A stretch of DNA of 56,196 nt from Gammaproteobacteria bacterium (GCA_024277705.1 JAJRUQ010000118.1:1-56196), one strand, 5' to 3'; shown: positions 1 through 9,560, numbered from the stretch's first letter. Program-made: numbers and translations. The notes: a model not told the origin generated them from the sequence alone.

Positions 1-45
1 AAAAACAAATCTATATTCTAAGAGTATGGCATCACAAAGAAGAGC

Positions 46-135
46 GCTTATAACAAGTCAATCAAGTTCGCCAGCAAAAGGCGCTGGCTTGGACGCGGCA
101 AAACACGCCGCGCCACTTATTTCAAACGTTATACG
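46..135. repeat. attC-like imperfect palindromic element
   Basis: The termini TTATAAC (48-54) and GTTATAC (128-134) are inverse-complementary over TATAAC/GTTATA. Flanking partial pairing follows (AAGT/ACTT). Two internal GC hairpins are present: GCCAGC/GCTGGC at 70-88 and CGCGGC/GCCGCG at 94-112. There is no coding potential. Confidence 0.35.
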
Positions 136-187
136 TAAAAAGGAATAAAGCATGCAATACAAAGAAGCTGTTACAAAACTAAGATAC

Positions 188-350
188 CTCTGAACAAGTC
201 TATCATGCCTCTGCGTGACCTGAAGCGTTCAGCTACAAGGCGACGCTTCGCAGTGAATGGCCTGGTCCTTTACAAGAAGCAACGCGGTAGATGAATGCTT
301 CAGATCGCGCCCTGCGGGGCTTACAGGTGTGTTCGCACTCGGCGTTGCAA
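188..350. repeat. degenerate palindromic element(s) related to 46-135
   Basis: It starts CTGAACAAGTCTATCA, compared with ATAACAAGTCAATCA in element 1. Internal inverted repeats are GAAGCGT/ACGCTTC (222-249) and GCAACGC/GCGTTGC (279-348). It ends GTTGCAA. Confidence 0.22.
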
Positions 351-417
351 CTTTTCACCAGGCAATAAGCATGCTTTCAAAGTTGTGCCTTGATTGTAAA
401 CACACTGACGTGTGTAG

Positions 418-630
418 TGGTTTATAGAAAAGGTTGTTGCTAGTGATGTAACTGGTGATTTGCAACCGGAAATTATTGTAGTTGTTCGCTCAGCAGGAAT
501 CGGCAGTTATCTTTCTGCTTATGCCTTCACTATCAGAAATGGTAAAGAGCTGGTTTTAAAGTCTGCAGTTGAGCGTCTGCAGCCTGACACAGATCCTGTC
601 TTGCTCCTTAACAAATCCGGAGAAAAATAA
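418..630 (+). pseudogene. startless ORF fragment (70 codons) between palindromic elements
   Basis: The frame is open from just after TAG (415-417) to TAA (628-630). It reads WFIEKVVASDVTGDLQPEIIVVVRSAGIGSYLSAYAFTIRNGKELVLKSAVERLQPDTDPVLLLNKSGEK. There is no ATG, GTG or TTG start and no SD. It is immediately followed by the element at 634-705. Confidence 0.3.
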
Positions 631-633
631 CCC

Positions 634-705
634 ATAACAAGAATATCCAGCAGATTGCTAAAATTATCTATCTTCAATCACTGGCATGCTGCCAACGGTT
701 ATCGG
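634..705. repeat. attC-like imperfect palindromic element
   Basis: ATAACAAG (634-641) and GGTTATCGG (697-705) pair over ATAAC/GTTAT, with inner CAGCA/TGCTG pairing. The internal loops are unequal, so it fits an attC model less well than element 1. Confidence 0.28.
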
Positions 706-901
706 TCATCTGTTAACGATGGAAACTAATTAAAAAAGTGTCCGCAATGACTTGATCGGTATAGTATCTTGAGCTATTCATTCAGAGAATAAAATTGTCA
801 GCATCAATGATGCTATTTATATAAGATAAGTCTGAGCTATTACATATAAAATCTTTATATCAACCAGCGAATTATAACCCATTGTTTAAAGCGCTATTTT
901 T

Positions 902-1498
902 ATGTTAAAAGTTTTTATCATTATTAATTTTTTTTTACTGGCAGGTTGCTCCACGGCGCCCCCGAAAAACATCAATAATATCTGTGATATTTTTGAGGAA
1001 AAAGATGACTGGTATGGTGATACCAAAGACAGCTTTGAGCATTGGGGTGTACCTATCCATGTGCAGATGGCGATCATTCATCAGGAATCCAGTTTTAAAC
1101 ATGATGCTGTTACCGAAATGGAATATTTTCTGTGGATTATTCCCATTGGCCGTAAATCAAGCGCTTATGGTTATGCACAGGTAAAAGATGACACATGGGA
1201 CTGGTATGTCAAGTCGACGCGAAACTGGGGGGCGGACCGTGATGATTTTGAAGATGCGGTTGATTTTATCGGCTGGTACGGAAAGGTGACTTATGACACC
1301 CTGAAAGTTTCAAAGTGGGATGCTAAAAATCAGTACCTTGCTTATCATGAAGGTCATGGTGGTTATAAGCGCAAAACCTATAATAAAAAACCATGGTTGA
1401 TCAAGGTGGCCAACAAGGTTGATAAGAATGCCAGAAAATATGGTGCTCAACTGAAAAGCTGTGAAGATGAATTAAATTCCGGCTGGTGGTTCTGGTAA
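902..1498 (+). CDS. lipoprotein with lytic transglycosylase (SLT-like) fold
   Basis: The signal peptide carries a lipobox (FFLLAGC). An SLT-type catalytic motif IHQESSF is present, and YGYAQV resembles the GLMQ block. Confidence 0.65.
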   Translation: MLKVFIIINFFLLAGCSTAPPKNINNICDIFEEKDDWYGDTKDSFEHWGVPIHVQMAIIHQESSFKHDAVTEMEYFLWIIPIGRKSSAYGYAQVKDDTWDWYVKSTRNWGADRDDFEDAVDFIGWYGKVTYDTLKVSKWDAKNQYLAYHEGHGGYKRKTYNKKPWLIKVANKVDKNARKYGAQLKSCEDELNSGWWFW

Positions 1499-1615
1499 TG
1501 TTTCCGGTAAAGCGATTAAGTATATGTCCTGTAAACCCGTAAATGAGTCAGGTCATTTTTGATGGATAACACGATATAATCAAGGTATGAACCCTCCATG
1601 TTTTAACAGGCAGAG

Positions 1616-4297
1616 ATGAACATCAGCCGCACGAAAACCACCTGTCCTTATTGTGGCGTGGGTTGTGGTGTTATTGTGAGCATGCATGAAAATGGGCGTG
1701 TCGAAGTGCAGGGTGACCCCGACCACCCTGCAAACTACGGGCGTTTGTGTTCCAAAGGATCGGCACTGGGGGAAACGGTATATCTGGCAGAGCGTTTACT
1801 GTACCCTGAAGTCGAGGGCGAGCAGGTGAGCTGGGAACGGGCTTATGCACATATTGCAGCTGAATTTTCCGCTATTATAAAAAAACATGGGCCGGATGCG
1901 GTTGCCTTTTATGTTTCCGGACAGTTGCTCACTGAAGATTATTATGTGGCCAATAAACTGATGAAAGGGTTTATTGGTTCCGCCAATATTGATACTAACT
2001 CACGTCTGTGCATGTCTTCTGCTGTTGCTGCTTATAAGCGCGCTTTTGGTGAAGATGTGATGCCGTGTAATTACGACGACCTGAAACGTGCGCAGCTTAT
2101 TGTGCTGGCGGGTTCAAATACTGCATGGTGTCATCCGGTGCTGTATCAGCACATGCTGCAAAGCAAGGAATCGAATCCTGATGTAAGAATAGTAACTATC
2201 GATCCGCGGCGAACACAGACCAGTGATATCAGTGATTATCATTTATCGATTCGTCCCGGTACGGATGCAGTTTTATTTAACGGCCTGCTGGTCTGGCTGG
2301 AAGCGGCAGGCGAGATTGATGTGCATTTTGTTGAGAACTCGACGCAGGGGATGGCGCAGGCACTGGCAAGTGCACGTTTGTCATCGGCAGACGTATCGAT
2401 GGTTGCGGATGTCTGTGGCATTAATGTTGATCAGCTGGAACAGTTTTACCGCTTGTTTACGCGCACCGAAAGAGTGGTTACGGTATTTTCACAGGGGTTG
2501 AGTCAGTACAGCAGTGGCGTTGATAAAATAAACAGCATCATCAATTGTTACCTGTTGACCGGGCGTATCGGTCGAAAAGGCATGGGGCCGTTTTCCTTGA
2601 CCGGACAGCCCAATGCCATGGGCGGACGTGAGGTCGGTGGTCTGGCAAACCAGCTTGCCGCGCACATGGAAATAGATAATGCGCAGCATCGTGAGATTGT
2701 TGCACAATTCTGGCAGAGTAAAACACTGGCAAGCAAAGCCGGTCTCAAAGCGATCAACTGTTTTGATGCGATCGAAAACAGGGATGTAAAAGCGGTCTGG
2801 ATTATGGCGACCAATCCGGTGGTTAGCATGCCGGACGCCGACCGGGTAAAAGCGGCTCTGGAAAAATGTGAGTTTGTGGTGGTTTCCGACTGTGTAGCCA
2901 ATACCGATACCTCAAGGCTGGCACATGTCTGTCTGCCGGCCACTACCTGGGGTGAGCGCGATGGTACGGTAACTAATTCAGAGCGGCGTATTTCTCGCCA
3001 GCGGCCATTTTTGAGCGCGCCGGGACTGGCCAAACATGACTGGCAGATCATTACTGAACTGGCGCAGGTTATGGGGTTTGAGGCAGCGTTTCCGTATCGT
3101 TCCGCTGCCGAAATATTTGATGAATATGCCAGATTGACCGCTTATAAAAAGGCTGAAAATCGGCAGCTGGATTTATCAGGCCTGTGTGATATGAGTTTAC
3201 ATGAGTATAACAATCTGTTGCCGGTGCAATGGCCGGTTCCTGCGCATGGAAACAGCAGCGCCAGCTTGCCGATGTTCAGTGACGGACGCTTTAGTACTGA
3301 TAATCGCCGTGCCTGTTTTATTGCGATCACACCACGGGCACCGGCTTCTGCGGTTAGCGAGTCATATCCTTTCGTTTTAAATACCGGTCGGGTTCGGGAT
3401 CACTGGCATACGATGACACGCACCGGCATGTCGCCACGATTATCAGCGCACAGTATTGAGCCATTTGTTGAGGTGCATCCGGATGATGCAAAAAAGTTTT
3501 CGCTAATTGACGGAAAACTGGCGCAGATCAGCAGTGAAACCGGAGCCGAGATTTTTGTACGTATTCGTGTTACCTCGCGTCAGCAACAGGGCTCGTTGTT
3601 TGTCCCGATGCACTGGAATTTGCAGTTTAGCAGCCAGGCACGGGTCAGCAGTCTGATTAGAACCGTGGTTGATCCGATATCCGGGCAGCCTGAATTCAAG
3701 CATGCCGTTGCCAGTATAAAATCCTGTGATGCGAACTGGTATGGTTTTATTATTTCACGACAGAAGCCGGAGCTGAAATATTCACGTTACTGGGCACGTT
3801 CACGTGGCAAGGGTTTCTGGCGTTATGAAATTGCCGGCCAGCAGCAGCCGGAGGACTGGGCGGCTCATGCTAAAACTCTGCTGCATGTTGAGCCCGGCGA
3901 AGAGTGGGCGGAGTTTTATGATAAAGCCGATGGGCACTATCGTGCCGCCCGGTTTGTTGCGGGTCACCTGGACAGTATTATTTTTATTGATTCATCGGTT
4001 TTGCTGCCACCAAGAGACTGGCTGATCAGCCTGTTTCAAAAAGACAGTATCAGTGCCAGCGAGCGCCTGAGTCTGTTACAGGGCTTGCCACCGGCAGATA
4101 TTGAGGATGCGGGCAAAATTATATGTGCCTGTTTTAATGTGGGTGAGAAAACCATCTGCCATGCGGTAACAGAGCAGGCTGCACACAGTGTGGAATCGGT
4201 TGGTGAAATTTGTCAGGCAGGAATCAATTGTGGCTCATGCCGGCCGGAGATTGTTGAGTTGATCAAACGCTGTGCCGTTGATGACTGTTCTGGCTAG
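1616..4297 (+). CDS. nasA: assimilatory nitrate reductase catalytic subunit (molybdopterin oxidoreductase) with C-terminal BFD-like [2Fe-2S] domain
   Basis: The N-terminus has a 4Fe-4S motif CPYCGVGCGV. Bis-MGD oxidoreductase blocks run throughout the 893 aa. The C-terminus has CAC...C..C (ICACFNV...CGSCRPE). Confidence 0.9.
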   Translation: MNISRTKTTCPYCGVGCGVIVSMHENGRVEVQGDPDHPANYGRLCSKGSALGETVYLAERLLYPEVEGEQVSWERAYAHIAAEFSAIIKKHGPDAVAFYVSGQLLTEDYYVANKLMKGFIGSANIDTNSRLCMSSAVAAYKRAFGEDVMPCNYDDLKRAQLIVLAGSNTAWCHPVLYQHMLQSKESNPDVRIVTIDPRRTQTSDISDYHLSIRPGTDAVLFNGLLVWLEAAGEIDVHFVENSTQGMAQALASARLSSADVSMVADVCGINVDQLEQFYRLFTRTERVVTVFSQGLSQYSSGVDKINSIINCYLLTGRIGRKGMGPFSLTGQPNAMGGREVGGLANQLAAHMEIDNAQHREIVAQFWQSKTLASKAGLKAINCFDAIENRDVKAVWIMATNPVVSMPDADRVKAALEKCEFVVVSDCVANTDTSRLAHVCLPATTWGERDGTVTNSERRISRQRPFLSAPGLAKHDWQIITELAQVMGFEAAFPYRSAAEIFDEYARLTAYKKAENRQLDLSGLCDMSLHEYNNLLPVQWPVPAHGNSSASLPMFSDGRFSTDNRRACFIAITPRAPASAVSESYPFVLNTGRVRDHWHTMTRTGMSPRLSAHSIEPFVEVHPDDAKKFSLIDGKLAQISSETGAEIFVRIRVTSRQQQGSLFVPMHWNLQFSSQARVSSLIRTVVDPISGQPEFKHAVASIKSCDANWYGFIISRQKPELKYSRYWARSRGKGFWRYEIAGQQQPEDWAAHAKTLLHVEPGEEWAEFYDKADGHYRAARFVAGHLDSIIFIDSSVLLPPRDWLISLFQKDSISASERLSLLQGLPPADIEDAGKIICACFNVGEKTICHAVTEQAAHSVESVGEICQAGINCGSCRPEIVELIKRCAVDDCSG

Positions 4298-4503
4298 CTA
4301 ATCTGGCTGGCTAGATAAAGCTTGATAAAGTACTTGGCGACAAAACCAAAAATACCCAGGCCCAGACCAACGAATAAAATCATCATGCCGTATTTTCCGG
4401 CTTTAGACTCTTCTGCCAGTTTATAGACAATAAACAGCATATAGCCAATGCCGAAAGTAAGGCCGATGGTTAATGAAATTTCGGTAAACTCTTTTTCGGT
4501 CAT
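4294..4503 (-). CDS. small integral membrane protein (DUF2788-like by recollection)
   Basis: The 69-aa ORF has two to three hydrophobic helices. It is convergent with nasA, overlapping its stop by 4 nt. Confidence 0.45.
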   Translation of the reverse strand: MTEKEFTEISLTIGLTFGIGYMLFIVYKLAEESKAGKYGMMILFVGLGLGIFGFVAKYFIKLYLASQIS

Positions 4504-4657
4504 TTTGTCATCGTGGTTATTTTACAGGAGGAATATTATAGTTTGCTTATATTTATCTTAACATAATCAATATGGTATAGTTCGCTGTCATTATTTCGGG
4601 CAGCGCAAAAGGTGTAATGCTGCTATTCTTTGTTTGCCCTGCTGAGTTTTAATCAAT

Positions 4658-5662
4658 ATGGATCCAGTTTCACAGGCGGTACTCGGTGCCAGTCTTTCTC
4701 AGTCATTTGTTAATGACAAATCAAAACTAGTCAGTGCGATGATGATAGGCGGCCTTGCGGGCATGGCTGCTGATCTTGATGTGCTGATTTATTCAGAGCA
4801 GGATCCGATGCTGTTTCTGGAGTATCACCGGCAATTCACGCATTCGTTAATATTCATCCCTGTTGCAGCCTTGCTTTGTGCGCTGGTGTTTTACCCGCTT
4901 ATTCATTCGAGATGGCTTAAAGTGGATTTATCGTTTAAGCAGGTTTATCTGTTTGCATTTCTGGGTTATGCGACACATGGATTGCTGGATGCCTGCACCT
5001 CCTACGGTACGCAGCTGTTGTGGCCATTTTCAGAGATGCGAGTAGCATGGAATGTGGTGTCGATAGTCGACCCGTTTTTTACCCTGCCGGTGCTGCTGCT
5101 GGTTGTGCTGTCGGTAAAATATCACCGTGTACGTTATGCAAGATTTGCTTTTGTTTATGCGTTTGTGTTTTTGAGTGCAGGTATGGTGCAGCATTTTCGG
5201 GCGGAGCAGGCGGTGTATCAGCTGGCATTGGAGCGTGGGCACACGGTTGTTCGCTTGCAGGTAAAACCCGGTTTTGCCAATCGCCATGTATGGAAGACAC
5301 TATATGAATATGATAACCGTTATTATGTTGATGCGGTAAAGCTGTTGCTGGGCAGTGAGGTTATAAGCGGATCTTCGATACAAAAATTAAATGTAAAACA
5401 GGATTTTCCGTGGTTACCGGCGGATAGTCAGCAGGCAAAAGATATTGAACGTTTTCGCTGGTTTTCTGATGACTTTTTAGCGTTAAGCCCGAATGATCCG
5501 AATTTGATTATGGACGTGCGTTATTCATTTTTACCCAATCAGATTAAAATGATGTGGGGCATAGAAGTTGACCGTTCATCGGTGGATGCTCATGTGCGCT
5601 ACAGAATAAACAGCCGGCCGGACAGCAAAACGCTAAAGCGTTATGTTGATATGCTGTTTTAG
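4658..5662 (+). CDS. membrane-bound metal-dependent hydrolase, YdjM/YbcI (DUF457) family
   Basis: The N-terminus MDPVSQAVLGA and His-containing TM helices (HRQFTHSL, HGLLDACT) are typical of DUF457. Confidence 0.65.
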   Translation: MDPVSQAVLGASLSQSFVNDKSKLVSAMMIGGLAGMAADLDVLIYSEQDPMLFLEYHRQFTHSLIFIPVAALLCALVFYPLIHSRWLKVDLSFKQVYLFAFLGYATHGLLDACTSYGTQLLWPFSEMRVAWNVVSIVDPFFTLPVLLLVVLSVKYHRVRYARFAFVYAFVFLSAGMVQHFRAEQAVYQLALERGHTVVRLQVKPGFANRHVWKTLYEYDNRYYVDAVKLLLGSEVISGSSIQKLNVKQDFPWLPADSQQAKDIERFRWFSDDFLALSPNDPNLIMDVRYSFLPNQIKMMWGIEVDRSSVDAHVRYRINSRPDSKTLKRYVDMLF

Positions 5663-5783
5663 CAAGTCTATGAACATCAATGAAAAAATTCTTCAGTGAA
5701 CGAGTGTCCATGATCCCGGCTAACAACAGTTTAAATATATGCTTAGCCTTTAATTTGCGAAAAAGCGGTTTTTGCTATGCGGC

Positions 5784-6344
5784 TTAATTCAGTATTGCTT
5801 TGAGTTTCAGCAGCCCTGCAATGCTGATTGCATCGGTGATTTCACCACTTAATACTCTTTCCACAGCTTCCTCCAGTGGTAATTTATGGATGATTAAGGC
5901 CTCGGTTTCTTCAAATTCTGTTTCGCCTTCGCTGAGGTCGCGGGCAACATAAATCAGTCCCTGTTCATCGGTAACGGAGTTGGAAGTATGTAATTTCATC
6001 AGTTGCTGCCAGTTGTTAGCGGTCAAGCCGGTTTCTTCTTTAAGCTCGCGTTTGGCAGATATCAGCGGTGCTATGTTTAAAGAGCCGCCACCCATCGGTA
6101 TTTCCCAGGAATAACAGTCGGGTACGTAGCGATATTGTCCAACCAGCCAGGTATTGTTGTTTTCATCGAGCGGAATAATGCCGATAGCAAGGTTCTTGAA
6201 ATTAATTTTTCCGTAATGGGATATCCCGCCACCGGGATTAATAACGTTGTCCTCGTACAGGCTTAACCATGGATTTTCGAAAACCCGGTTGCTGGACTGC
6301 GCTATCCACGGGTTGTCTGTGGTTGGCAATTTTTTTAGTTTCAC
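5784..6344 (-). CDS. NUDIX hydrolase (ADP-ribose/NDP-sugar pyrophosphatase-like)
   Basis: It carries a Nudix box GG(x5)...AKRELKEETGL. At 186 aa it matches the size and layout of NudE/NudF-type enzymes. Confidence 0.8.
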   Translation of the reverse strand: MKLKKLPTTDNPWIAQSSNRVFENPWLSLYEDNVINPGGGISHYGKINFKNLAIGIIPLDENNNTWLVGQYRYVPDCYSWEIPMGGGSLNIAPLISAKRELKEETGLTANNWQQLMKLHTSNSVTDEQGLIYVARDLSEGETEFEETEALIIHKLPLEEAVERVLSGEITDAISIAGLLKLKAILN

Positions 6345-6351
6345 GGTGTGC

Positions 6352-6705
6352 TCATCTCATAATATGTCGTCTGGTTTTGCTGGTGGATTGTTTGTTATTT
6401 TTGGCGTTTTCTGCGGTTAGCAGGGGTGCTGGTGCTGTCTCTATGGTGCATAGCTGGATGTGTATATTGTTTTTGACTTTTTCTATATCAAAAGCGGCCT
6501 GCAGGTGCATCCAGTAGCTGGCACTGTTACCAAAATAGATGGCCAGACGAACCGCTGTATCGGCCGTAATGGCCCGTTTTTCATGAACAATTTCATTGAT
6601 GCGTCTGGGGGCTACCTTTATTGCACGCGCCAGCCTGTTCTGGCTGATTCTTTGTGGTTGCAGATAGTGCTGCTGTAACACTTTTCCGGGATGCTGGCTT
6701 GTCAT
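6352..6705 (-). CDS. higA: HigA-family XRE helix-turn-helix antitoxin-like regulator
   Basis: HPGKVLQQHYLQPQRISQNRLARAIKVAPRRINEIVHEKRAITADTAVRLAIYFGNSASYWMHLQ is the canonical HigA/VapI motif set. Confidence 0.8.
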   Translation of the reverse strand: MTSQHPGKVLQQHYLQPQRISQNRLARAIKVAPRRINEIVHEKRAITADTAVRLAIYFGNSASYWMHLQAAFDIEKVKNNIHIQLCTIETAPAPLLTAENAKNNKQSTSKTRRHIMR

Positions 6706-6713
6706 GCAGTAAA

Positions 6714-6749
6714 TATAACGTTAAACGTTATATAACGCAACGCGTTATA
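6714..6749. promoter_or_regulatory. twin palindromic operators TATAACG-N5-CGTTATA (6714-6732 and 6731-6749) abutting the higA start
   Basis: Two perfect 7+5+7 palindromes share 2 nt. On the minus strand, TATATT followed by 6 nt and then ATG suggests a -10 element and a leaderless higA transcript. Confidence 0.5.
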
Positions 6750-7021
6750 CTCTGGTGTATGAAAAATTACGGTACGGGTATTTATCGCTAGCCGGTATTT
6801 TTTGCCCGTTCATCTACCGCATGAGTGTATGCTGCAAAATCTTCAGGTGGTTTTCCAGCTGCTCAAGTAGATCATGGACCATCAATTCCTCCTTCTGTAT
6901 TTATGCGCTAGCTATAGAAAAGTCAGGAAGTTTGCGAAAGTATAAGTCTATGTATCCTTCTGCGGTTAACAGGAGGCAAAGTGCTACTTCAGCTTGTTAG
7001 ATCAACATAATGTTGTCAGTT

Positions 7022-7789
7022 TTATGTTGTCCATACTGCTTTATGTGAGCCGACCACGCCGCCAAGAAGTGACTTGCTGGTAACCTCTGTGAAGCCCTGG
7101 TCAAATAACAGTTGGGTCATTTCTTCCGGTGAATAAAACATCTTTAACGCATCAACAAAATATTTTTTACAGCCCAGGGAGTATTCATTACTCTTGAACA
7201 GCCAGGCTACAACCGATACACAGCCGGTAAGGTAGGCAAAATAGGCTTTCTCTACTATCTTGTTACTCGGGCGCAGCATGTCGCTGTGGTAAAAGTGGCC
7301 GCCAGGTTTTAACACCCGCTTTATTTCCTGAATGACTTCTATCAACCTTAGATGACGGGAGGCAAACTGCAGTGTGACGACATCAAAATGGTTGTCGGGG
7401 AAGGGCAGTTTGTGAACATCTGTGATCGTGCTGTCAATATGAAAGCCATGAATTTTTGCCTGTTCCTGTCCTACCTGTTGCATCTCCGGGCTTCTGTCTA
7501 CCGCAAAAACTTCTACACCAGGTTGTTTTTTCAGTAGCGCAATACCTACAGCATTGGTGCCTGCGCAAACATCCAGTACTTTCTGTTCAGATTTCAGATC
7601 AATGATAGAGACAAAGCTGTTTCTGAACCAGCTGATCATGCCAAGGCTGGCGGCAAGGTTGACGCGATCATAATAGAAAGCAACATCGGCAAATACTTCA
7701 TTGATTTCATTTGACCAGATGTTTTCAAATGCCTGATTTCGAGCTATTTCACGCTCATTGAATTTTCCTGACTCCTTGCTAGCCTTCAT
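7022..7789 (-). CDS. UbiE/COQ5-family class I SAM-dependent methyltransferase
   Basis: It has SAM motif I (VLDVCAGTN), a post-I acidic residue (FAVDRS) and a UbiE-like N-terminal block (YYDRVNLAASLGMISWFR). Confidence 0.75.
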   Translation of the reverse strand: MKASKESGKFNEREIARNQAFENIWSNEINEVFADVAFYYDRVNLAASLGMISWFRNSFVSIIDLKSEQKVLDVCAGTNAVGIALLKKQPGVEVFAVDRSPEMQQVGQEQAKIHGFHIDSTITDVHKLPFPDNHFDVVTLQFASRHLRLIEVIQEIKRVLKPGGHFYHSDMLRPSNKIVEKAYFAYLTGCVSVVAWLFKSNEYSLGCKKYFVDALKMFYSPEEMTQLLFDQGFTEVTSKSLLGGVVGSHKAVWTT

Positions 7790-8107
7790 TGTTTGCCCCG
7801 TTCGTTATTGTTTAAGATGTCAATTTTTTGATGCGTTGTTGCTAGAGTCTGATAACGACCCTGAAAATGATTAAGTGTCTCATTGATAGCTGGTTTAGAC
7901 AAGATGTGAATTAGTATCATCATCTATTAGTTGAATAAATGCTGTTTTAAGTGCCGGGTAAAAAATACAGTTGCTATGCCTGCCTGTTCATGTTTTCTCC
8001 AGATTCGGCCGGCTGTTGCTTTCATTCCGATAAAGCGTGAATATACACACTGTAAAAAGCAGCGGTGCAGAAAATTCTATGCGCTCGGGACACCAGGTAT
8101 TGTATGT

Positions 8108-9412
8108 ATGAGTGATAACGACAGAAGGGTGGGGCTGCTCGGGGCTATTTCAATCGGTATCGGTGGTATGGTCGGCGGTGGTATCTTTGCGGTGTTGGGT
8201 GAGGCGGTGTCACTGGCACATGGTGCTACAGCAATCGCTTTTCTGTTTGCGGGAATGGTTGCAATACTAACCTCATATTCCTATGCAAAGCTTTCGGTGA
8301 AATGCCAGAACCGTGGGGGCACGGTGGTTTTTGTTGATACAGCTTTTGGCCATAATTTACTGTCTGGCAGTATCAATTTTATGTTATGGCTGAGTTATCT
8401 GGTGACTATTTCTCTTTATGCTGTTGCATTTGCGGCTTATGCAAAAACTTTTTTTCATGGTGATGTTGCGCCCTGGGAGCAACATGTCCTGATCAGCATC
8501 GCTATCGCACTACCGTTGTTAATTAATCTATTAAGTGCCTCTTTTGTCAGTCGTTCTGAAACGATTATTGTGGTGATCAAGGTTATACTACTGGTTTTGA
8601 TTATTATCTCTGGCGTTTTTTTTGTTGATGTAGAACGGCTGTCGCCGGGGCAATGGGGTAGTTCTCTTTCTATTATTGTTGCCGGCATGATTATTTTTGT
8701 TGCTTATGAAGGCTTCGAACTGATTGCCAATGCGGCTGAAGATATTAAAGATCCGGTAAAAAACTTACCCAGGGCGTTTTACGCATCGGTGATAATCGTT
8801 ATTATCCTTTACGTGTTTATTGCATTGATTACCGTGGGTACGGTACCGGAAAGTCAGCTGCTGATCGCCAGGGATTATGCTTTGGCGGTAGCCGCAAAAC
8901 CGGCGCTCGGGCAATTCGGCTTTACTGTTGTTTCTGTGGCAGCATTGTTGGCAACATTTTCAGCTATCAATGCAACGATTTACGGCAATGCCCGTCTTGG
9001 CTATATTATCGCTAAAGAAGGCGAGCTTCCGGCGATACTTAATCAGCAACGGCGAAATATACCGGAGGCAGGTGTTGTGATTACGGCAGTACTCAGTTTG
9101 GTGGTGGCAAACACCATTGATTTAACAGAGATTGCCATAATCGGCAGTGCAAGTTTTTTACTGATCTTTTTTCTGGTGAATATCAGCGCCTATAAATTAG
9201 GTAAGGAGATAAATGCCAACCGAAAAATAGTATTGGCTGCCTGTCTGGCCAGTGGTGGTGCACTAACAACCCTGCTTGTTCACACCTATACAGGTAATGC
9301 GCGCGCCATCGCCGTGTTTCTGTCGTTGATTGCTGTTTCGATTATCTTTGAATTGCTCTATGGCAGATTGATTCGCGGGCACTTTTTCCAGCGACAGTAT
9401 AAAAAAACATGA
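8108..9412 (+). CDS. APC-superfamily amino acid permease
   Basis: About 12 TM helices and a GIGGMVGGGIF motif are present. The start is placed at ATG 8108 (MSDNDRR). The upstream TTG-initiated extension in the ORF track is Cys/Lys-rich non-membrane sequence. Confidence 0.85.
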   Translation: MSDNDRRVGLLGAISIGIGGMVGGGIFAVLGEAVSLAHGATAIAFLFAGMVAILTSYSYAKLSVKCQNRGGTVVFVDTAFGHNLLSGSINFMLWLSYLVTISLYAVAFAAYAKTFFHGDVAPWEQHVLISIAIALPLLINLLSASFVSRSETIIVVIKVILLVLIIISGVFFVDVERLSPGQWGSSLSIIVAGMIIFVAYEGFELIANAAEDIKDPVKNLPRAFYASVIIVIILYVFIALITVGTVPESQLLIARDYALAVAAKPALGQFGFTVVSVAALLATFSAINATIYGNARLGYIIAKEGELPAILNQQRRNIPEAGVVITAVLSLVVANTIDLTEIAIIGSASFLLIFFLVNISAYKLGKEINANRKIVLAACLASGGALTTLLVHTYTGNARAIAVFLSLIAVSIIFELLYGRLIRGHFFQRQYKKT

Positions 9413-9560
9413 CAGACTTTTTATCGTTAACGGCTGACTGCTCACCATTCGTAGTATACGGCCTGTCAAGCTTGTTTTAGACTTGCTGTCTGAATGCCCC
9501 GGCAGGGAATACGCTCTGCTACTGGTCGATGGTGCCTGTTTGTTAAGCCTTGCTTTGTGT

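Noticed and set aside
2223-4025. Numerous 60-170-aa ORFs overlap nasA on both strands. The same occurs inside cbbO, cbbM, cbbR, mutS, plsX, sulP and other genes, for example 2548-3051, 14055-14494, 18366-18977 and 48047-48454.
   Set aside because: They lie wholly within long, motif-rich genes in other frames. They have low-complexity or Arg/Cys/Ser-rich composition typical of shadow ORFs, and none has a recognisable motif.
6755-7000. The 81-aa plus-strand ORF between higA and the methyltransferase was considered as a gene. So was a 23-codon minus-strand ORF with a strong AGGAGG SD (6882-6811).
   Set aside because: The 81-aa ORF is Cys/Ser-rich with no motif or SD. The 23-codon ORF is too short to support without expression or conservation data. 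It is noted only as context for the higA locus.
7931-8107. The ORF track gives N-terminal extensions: permease from TTG 7931, mutS from 25046, cbbQ from 16534, cbbO from GTG 15539, the small ORF from 13175, the Fe-S carrier from 49746 and the ABC ATPase from 11455.
   Set aside because: The extensions are non-homologous, often translate repeat hairpins, and precede canonical family N-termini that start at internal ATG codons.
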